Shown here one piece after another: positions 53,812 through 59,713 of a DNA stretch of 59,713 nucleotides. This DNA is from Anaerolineae bacterium. Lineage in GTDB: Bacteria > Chloroflexota > Anaerolineae > 4572-78 > JBHHXL01. The notes under the pieces were generated by a model. It saw nothing but the letters and a program-made list of their open reading frames with translations. It was not told where the DNA came from and ran no database searches. Numbering within the stretch: position 1 is the first letter of the stretch; each line of letters begins with the position of its first letter. The stretch is from the NCBI GenBank assembly GCA_046757065.1, contig JBHHXL010000001.1:1-59713 (forward strand), in the 5' to 3' direction. Position numbers and translations under genes: made by a program.

Positions 53812-55485
53812 TTACGGCAGATCGTTTGAGGCCTGGGTCAAGGTTAACTTCCCGGCCCGGGTCAGCAGCTTGTAGCCCTGGCTGGGCACGGTGACGATGA
53901 ACTCCGGGTTGTCCTGGTTGACCTCCAGCTTTTCGCGCAAGGTGTTGATGGCCGCCGCCAGGCGCATGCGCAGGCCGGCGATGTTCGGTTTCCCGTACAG
54001 CGTGGTGGCGATCTCCTCGTAGGTGCAAACCTCGCCCTGCTTGCCGTGAAGCATTTTGAGCAGAGCCGTCTCCGTGGCAGACAGGCGGGCGACCAGCTCC
54101 CCCTGGTGATCGAGGACCAGGCCATCACGCAGGCTGACCGTAATGCCCAGCGGGGGCAGGAAATCGCTCTGTGGGCGCTGGTACTGGACCTCCGGCGGCA
54201 GCTCGGGCTGGTTCCAGAGGGTGACCGTGAAGTTGCTGGCCCCCAGGCGGAAACTTTGGCCCAGGTAAATGGCCGTGTGTTCATCCGGAGCCACCTTTTT
54301 GCCCTCAATAAAGACCCCGCCCCGGCTGTTCAAATCCTTGACGAAGATTTGCTGCTCCTGATAGCTGAGCATCGCGTGCGGGCGCGACACCAACGGGGAA
54401 TTGATGACAACGTCGCAATCGGGGTTGCGCCCGATGACAACTTCCGTGTTGGGCACCAGGCGACGCCGTTCGATCAGTTGATTGCCCTCCTTGATCAGCA
54501 GGTGGGCGACGCCGTGCAAACTGCGCATAGTGTGGTTCTTGTAGCGCGCCAGCCAGTCCTCGAACTGTAGCCAGAAGGGTAACTCCAGACGGGCCGTCAC
54601 CGCCAGCTTTGGGTCGGGCAGTTCAGCGGTCCCGCCGATGGCGAACATCTTGTAGATGTGATGGGTAAGTTTCTGGGCCAGGTCCCCAAAATCGTCGTAC
54701 TTAAGTTGCTTCATCTCGGTGAGCAGCGCCGGCGGGGTTACCTTGCGGGGGATGGTCAACACCCAGGGCGTCCGCATCCCGATAGCCACGCCCAGGGCAA
54801 TATATTGCGCCGGCTCCACCGGCTGGCCCAGGTCCAGCAAGGTGAATTTGGCTCCCTGCAAATTGCGCCGCATCTTACACAACGGCTCATCTGATTTGTC
54901 GGCCAGCGCCTGGGTCAAGGCCCGGCCCTGCAATTTTGTCGAGCGAAAGGCCCGGGCATAGGTGTGGTAAAGGTCATAATGCTGCCGGAAGTTGTTGTTC
55001 AACAGGAAGAAAAATGGCCGTTGAGTGCCCGATAGGGCCTTTAAGCCGGAACAACCCTGGTGGCAAAAGGCGCAATATTCCGACATCAACCGTTTCATGC
55101 GCCGTCGCTCTGATAGATCACGGGCCAGTTTGGGCAACGCTGCGGCAAGGCGGGCGTGATCGGTGTAGGTCAGGAGGGTGCGGTTTTGCAAGATTGGGAT
55201 CGAGGGGCTGCCCTCCCGCCTGACGACGACGAAGGGCTTGTTCAAACCCAGGGCAATCCCGATTTCTATCAAAATGTCAGGGTTGGGGGTGGACAGTTCA
55301 AAGATGGCAAACGAGGTTAGAAAAATATTCTGGCAGGTCTTTAGCAGACGGTCGGACTGAACGGCTTGTGGATCAGCGTAGTACGATCGCAGACCGGCCG
55401 GTTCCAGGGCGCTGGCCGCAGTCTCGCGGAATCGTTCGGCCTCTGGCAACGCCGGGTCATAGTCGATCAGGTACAGGCCTCGCAT
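53812..55485 (-). CDS. FHA-domain regulator with a C-terminal OmpR/PhoB-type winged-helix and two N-terminal NDT/TIR-like Rossmannoid domains
   Basis: FHA: VVIGRNPDCDVVINSPLVSRPHAML...VKDLNSRGGVFIEG. wHTH: LSATETALLKMLHG...YEEIA...LRMRLAAAINTLREKL...VPSQGYKL. N-terminus: FAIFELSTPNPDILIEIGIALGLNKPFVVV and LLDLGQPVEPAQYIALGVAIGMRTPWVL. ATG at 55485 after GGAGG. Confidence 0.68.
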   Translation of the reverse strand: MRGLYLIDYDPALPEAERFRETAASALEPAGLRSYYADPQAVQSDRLLKTCQNIFLTSFAIFELSTPNPDILIEIGIALGLNKPFVVVRREGSPSIPILQNRTLLTYTDHARLAAALPKLARDLSERRRMKRLMSEYCAFCHQGCSGLKALSGTQRPFFFLLNNNFRQHYDLYHTYARAFRSTKLQGRALTQALADKSDEPLCKMRRNLQGAKFTLLDLGQPVEPAQYIALGVAIGMRTPWVLTIPRKVTPPALLTEMKQLKYDDFGDLAQKLTHHIYKMFAIGGTAELPDPKLAVTARLELPFWLQFEDWLARYKNHTMRSLHGVAHLLIKEGNQLIERRRLVPNTEVVIGRNPDCDVVINSPLVSRPHAMLSYQEQQIFVKDLNSRGGVFIEGKKVAPDEHTAIYLGQSFRLGASNFTVTLWNQPELPPEVQYQRPQSDFLPPLGITVSLRDGLVLDHQGELVARLSATETALLKMLHGKQGEVCTYEEIATTLYGKPNIAGLRMRLAAAINTLREKLEVNQDNPEFIVTVPSQGYKLLTRAGKLTLTQASNDLP

Positions 55486-55607
55486 GTGATCCTCCCTCGC
55501 CATCGATTTACCCAACCCCGGATGGCCTTTAATAGTACCACACTTTAAGGAAAATCAAAACTGGCCCGGCAGTTGGGGGTGTATTTCACTTTTGGGGCAA
55601 GTTTTGC

Positions 55608-55664
55608 GGAGTCGAGGCTTCAGCCGGAGATTAGTAGGCTTTGACCGGCTAAAGCCTCGACTCC
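55608..55664. other. Strong 20-bp hairpin flanked by ~29-nt direct repeats (55565-55593 and 55716-55744)
   Basis: GGAGTCGAGGCTTCAGCCGG pairs with CCGGCTAAAGCCTCGACTCC. Flanking repeats are CCCGGCAGTTG(G/A)GG(G/A)TG(T/C)ATTTC(A/C)CTTTT. Confidence 0.6.
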
Positions 55665-55848
55665 AAAGCCCATTTTGCTAGCAACTCCATAAATTCGCCC
55701 CTAAACTGAAATGCTCCCGGCAGTTGAGGATGCATTTCCCTTTTCTTTTTGGGTAATTTAATGTATGATAACTGTCACCCTGGAGCAGGGGCTTGGGGGG
55801 CGGCGTGATTGCAGCCGCCGGGTATTTTAAGAATAGAGTGAGGCAACA

Positions 55849-57297
55849 ATGGGACCTTCAAACGGCGAAGATTGGACGGGGGAGAGTACCCAATCAACGA
55901 CGACAGATGCGGAGCAGGACACAGCAGATATTGAAACCACAGCCGGAATAGAGCAACCGGAACCACAGCGCAGCCCCAGAAAACTGTTGCTGGGGCTGGT
56001 CGCCGGGGGGCTGATAGCCTTGACCTGTGTCGGGGTTGTCATTGCTCTGGCCATCGGTCGAGTTGGCAAAACCGTCGCGCCGGTCTTCCAAAACGCATCG
56101 ATTTTTGCCGGTGAGCCGGCCCTCAATCAAATTGCCTTTGTCGGCAACGACGACAACATCTGGCTCGCCTCGCCGGATGGCGAGCAATTGCGCCAGCTCA
56201 CTTCCAATGGCCAGGGCTATAACTTCCCCACCTGGGCCCCCGACGGCCGTCGCGTGGCGTTCATTGGGCCGGATGCCGAGGGAAATACGGCTCTGTACGT
56301 CTCCTCCGCCACCGATATCGATCCTTCCATCTTCTTCGCCAGCCCCAATTCCGCCCCTTTCTACCTGTATTGGGCCCCCGACAGTCATTCTCTGACCTTC
56401 CTGACCCAGGAAACGTCGGGCTTGTCGATGCGCCTGGTGGATACCAGCACGCCCGGCGACAAGCGCGTTCTGGCCACCGGCGCGCCCTTCTACTGGGTCT
56501 GGTCCCCCAACAGCGACCGGATGCTGATGCACGTCGGGGGCGCTCGGGCCATTTCAAGCGATGCCCACCTGTCCGTGTTAGCCAACCGCGAGGATGCGCA
56601 GCGCATCGAGCTGGACCTGGCCCCCGGCCGGTTTCAAGCGCCGCTCTGGTCGGCGAACGGCCAGCACATCTTCTACATCGCCTCGAACAGCGCCGGGCAA
56701 GATTTCATCTACCAAACCGATCCCGATACCCTGGAGCAAATCTCGATCGCCGATGTGGCCGACGTGACCTATATGGCCGTCTCGCCGGATGATCGCTACC
56801 TGGCCTACCTGGAAGTGATGCAGGGCTCTGCTCCCCCTCTGGGCGCAGCTTACCTGATTTCGCTCGAAGACGGCGGCGGTGATCGCAAGCAGATTATGGA
56901 CGATCTGGTGATGTCGATGTACTGGTCGCCCGACGGCTCCAAGCTGGCCGTGCTGGCGCCGGGGTTCGACGATGACGGCTCGGTGGCCAGGGCCGGCGGG
57001 CTGATGGCCCCGCTGCCCCAGGAACTGGTCTTCCGCTGGTGGATTTACGATGTTGAAGCCGGCACGCTCGAACCTCTAATTTCCTTCAACCCCACCCGGG
57101 ATTTTCTGCAAACCGTGCCCTTCTTCGACCAGTATCACCTGTCCCTGACCTTCTGGTCGCCCGACAGCCGCTACTTCGTGGTCGCCAAAGCCGATGACGA
57201 CTCCAGGGAAGGGACCATCTGGGTTGTGGACACCACGGGCCAGGAAGCTGACCGGCAAATTGGAGAGGGCACTCTAGCCGTGTGGTCGTGGCGCTGA
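55849..57297 (+). CDS. Membrane-anchored TolB-like PD40 beta-propeller protein
   Basis: N-terminal TM LLLGLVAGGLIALTCVGVVIALAI. Repeated W(A/S)PDG..(V/L)A(F/V) motifs. Confidence 0.75.
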   Translation: MGPSNGEDWTGESTQSTTTDAEQDTADIETTAGIEQPEPQRSPRKLLLGLVAGGLIALTCVGVVIALAIGRVGKTVAPVFQNASIFAGEPALNQIAFVGNDDNIWLASPDGEQLRQLTSNGQGYNFPTWAPDGRRVAFIGPDAEGNTALYVSSATDIDPSIFFASPNSAPFYLYWAPDSHSLTFLTQETSGLSMRLVDTSTPGDKRVLATGAPFYWVWSPNSDRMLMHVGGARAISSDAHLSVLANREDAQRIELDLAPGRFQAPLWSANGQHIFYIASNSAGQDFIYQTDPDTLEQISIADVADVTYMAVSPDDRYLAYLEVMQGSAPPLGAAYLISLEDGGGDRKQIMDDLVMSMYWSPDGSKLAVLAPGFDDDGSVARAGGLMAPLPQELVFRWWIYDVEAGTLEPLISFNPTRDFLQTVPFFDQYHLSLTFWSPDSRYFVVAKADDDSREGTIWVVDTTGQEADRQIGEGTLAVWSWR

Positions 57298-57326
57298 GTG
57301 GCGCGTTCCCCCGGAGCCAACATTAG

Positions 57327-58640
<1,314 letters not shown>

Positions 58641-58660
58641 CTTCACCAGCAGAGGGTTCT

Positions 58661-59713
58661 ATGTCAGAATTAGACGACCGCTTTACCCAGGACGAAGGCA
58701 TTGCCATCTTCAACGGCAACGAGGCCGTGGTCAAGGGCGGGTTGGAAAGCGAGATCGCCTTCTGGTCCGGCTATCCCGGCTCGCCGATGGCCGGCATCCA
58801 CACCACCCTGGGCAACCTGGCCAGGGGCCTTTTCGCCCAGAAGGGCATCGTTTACCACCGCGCCCTGAACGAGATGACCGCCTCCGCCGAGCTGGGCGGC
58901 AGCCAGAAGGCCGGCGTCAACGGCCTGGTGGCCTGCAAGCACGTCGGCCTGCTGTGGATGACCGACCAGCTTCTCCTGGAGAACCTGATCGGAACGGGCG
59001 ACGGCAGCGGGGCGCTGGTGGTGGTGGGCGATGACGTCGGCGCGAAAAGCTCCACGGCGGCGATGGATACGCGCCGGGTCTTCGAAATGCTGCATATGCC
59101 CTACCTGGAGCCGGGCTCGATCCAGGAGATGAAAGACTTCGTGCCCATTGGCATCGACATCTCCCGGCGGAGCAAGCTCTACGTCGGGCTGCGGGTCGTG
59201 GCCGCCCTGGGCGACGGGGGGGGCACGGTCCAGGTCGGCCCCAACCGTTACTCGCCCGTCAACGCCATCGACAAGATCGATGTCAAAATGCCGCCGCCGG
59301 GGCTCGGGCCCGAGGCCGTCAGCGAGCAGGAACGGGCCGTCCTGTCCAGACTCCAGGTCGCCCTCGACGTCGCCCGCGAACACGGCCTGAACTCGATCGC
59401 CAATCCCGGCGTGGCCGGGTCGCTGGGCTTCATCACCTCGGGCAAAACCTACGCCGATCTGTACCAGGCCCTGCGCGATTTCGGCCTCCAGGGCCGGATA
59501 CCGGTTCTCAATTTCGGGATGCCCTACCCCCTGGATGAAGCGCTCGTTCTGCGTTTCGTGGCCGGCCTGCGGCAGGTGATCGTCATCGAGGAGAAGGGCG
59601 GGGTGCTCGAAGAGCGGATCAAGGCCCTGCTCCATTCGGCGCGTTCGCAGGCCGAGGTGGGGCAGGTTGCCGTGTACGGCAAGGACCTGCCGGACCAGGC
59701 CGAGGGCTTTCCC
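58661..59713 (+). CDS. Indolepyruvate/2-oxoacid:ferredoxin oxidoreductase-family protein, N-terminal part (runs off the window)
   Basis: Not in the supplied track. My hand translation from ATG 58661 is open for 351 codons to the window end. FNGNEAVVKGGLE..., SGYPGSP, VIVIEEKGGVLEE motifs. Confidence 0.7.
   Translation, partial: MSELDDRFTQDEGIAIFNGNEAVVKGGLESEIAFWSGYPGSPMAGIHTTLGNLARGLFAQKGIVYHRALNEMTASAELGGSQKAGVNGLVACKHVGLLWMTDQLLLENLIGTGDGSGALVVVGDDVGAKSSTAAMDTRRVFEMLHMPYLEPGSIQEMKDFVPIGIDISRRSKLYVGLRVVAALGDGGGTVQVGPNRYSPVNAIDKIDVKMPPPGLGPEAVSEQERAVLSRLQVALDVAREHGLNSIANPGVAGSLGFITSGKTYADLYQALRDFGLQGRIPVLNFGMPYPLDEALVLRFVAGLRQVIVIEEKGGVLEERIKALLHSARSQAEVGQVAVYGKDLPDQAEGFP

Overview
High-GC bacterial chromosomal window. 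PT-rich linkers, the FemAB/Lgt envelope genes and monoderm-style lipoproteins suggest a Chloroflexota-like organism, but that is an unverified guess. I support about 53 protein-coding genes. I saw no rRNA, tRNA, CRISPR array, transposase or integrase. Left to right the content is: (i) a long minus-strand catabolic-looking cluster (52-13171) with an AAA+ ATPase, PfkB kinase, methyltransferase, SDR, a three-subunit molybdenum hydroxylase, a GntR/FCD regulator, an HprK-like P-loop protein and a split PEP-synthase-like phosphotransferase with an embedded cyclase-fold gene; (ii) an AT-rich spot with an orphan MNT antitoxin; (iii) envelope and glycan genes (GxGYxYP-like lipoprotein, patatin, galE, two GT4, ComEA, two FemAB, lgt); (iv) rpoD with a consensus promoter, plus two PT-rich anchored proteins; (v) trkH/trkA, surE and pncC; (vi) an ECF sigma / anti-sigma-propeller / site-2 protease module; (vii) redox genes; (viii) the most interesting locus, a CHAT protease followed by a caspase(C14)-TIR fusion (44582-47950), bracketed by homologous hairpin elements; (ix) housekeeping genes and an unusual FHA-wHTH regulator with two NDT/TIR-like N-terminal domains. 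Intergenic spacers are AT-richer than the genes. They carry several near-consensus TTGACA-N17-TATAAT promoters and at least three families of repeated hairpin elements. All domain calls come from motif recognition by eye, and all hairpin and repeat coordinates were hand-indexed, so both need computational confirmation.
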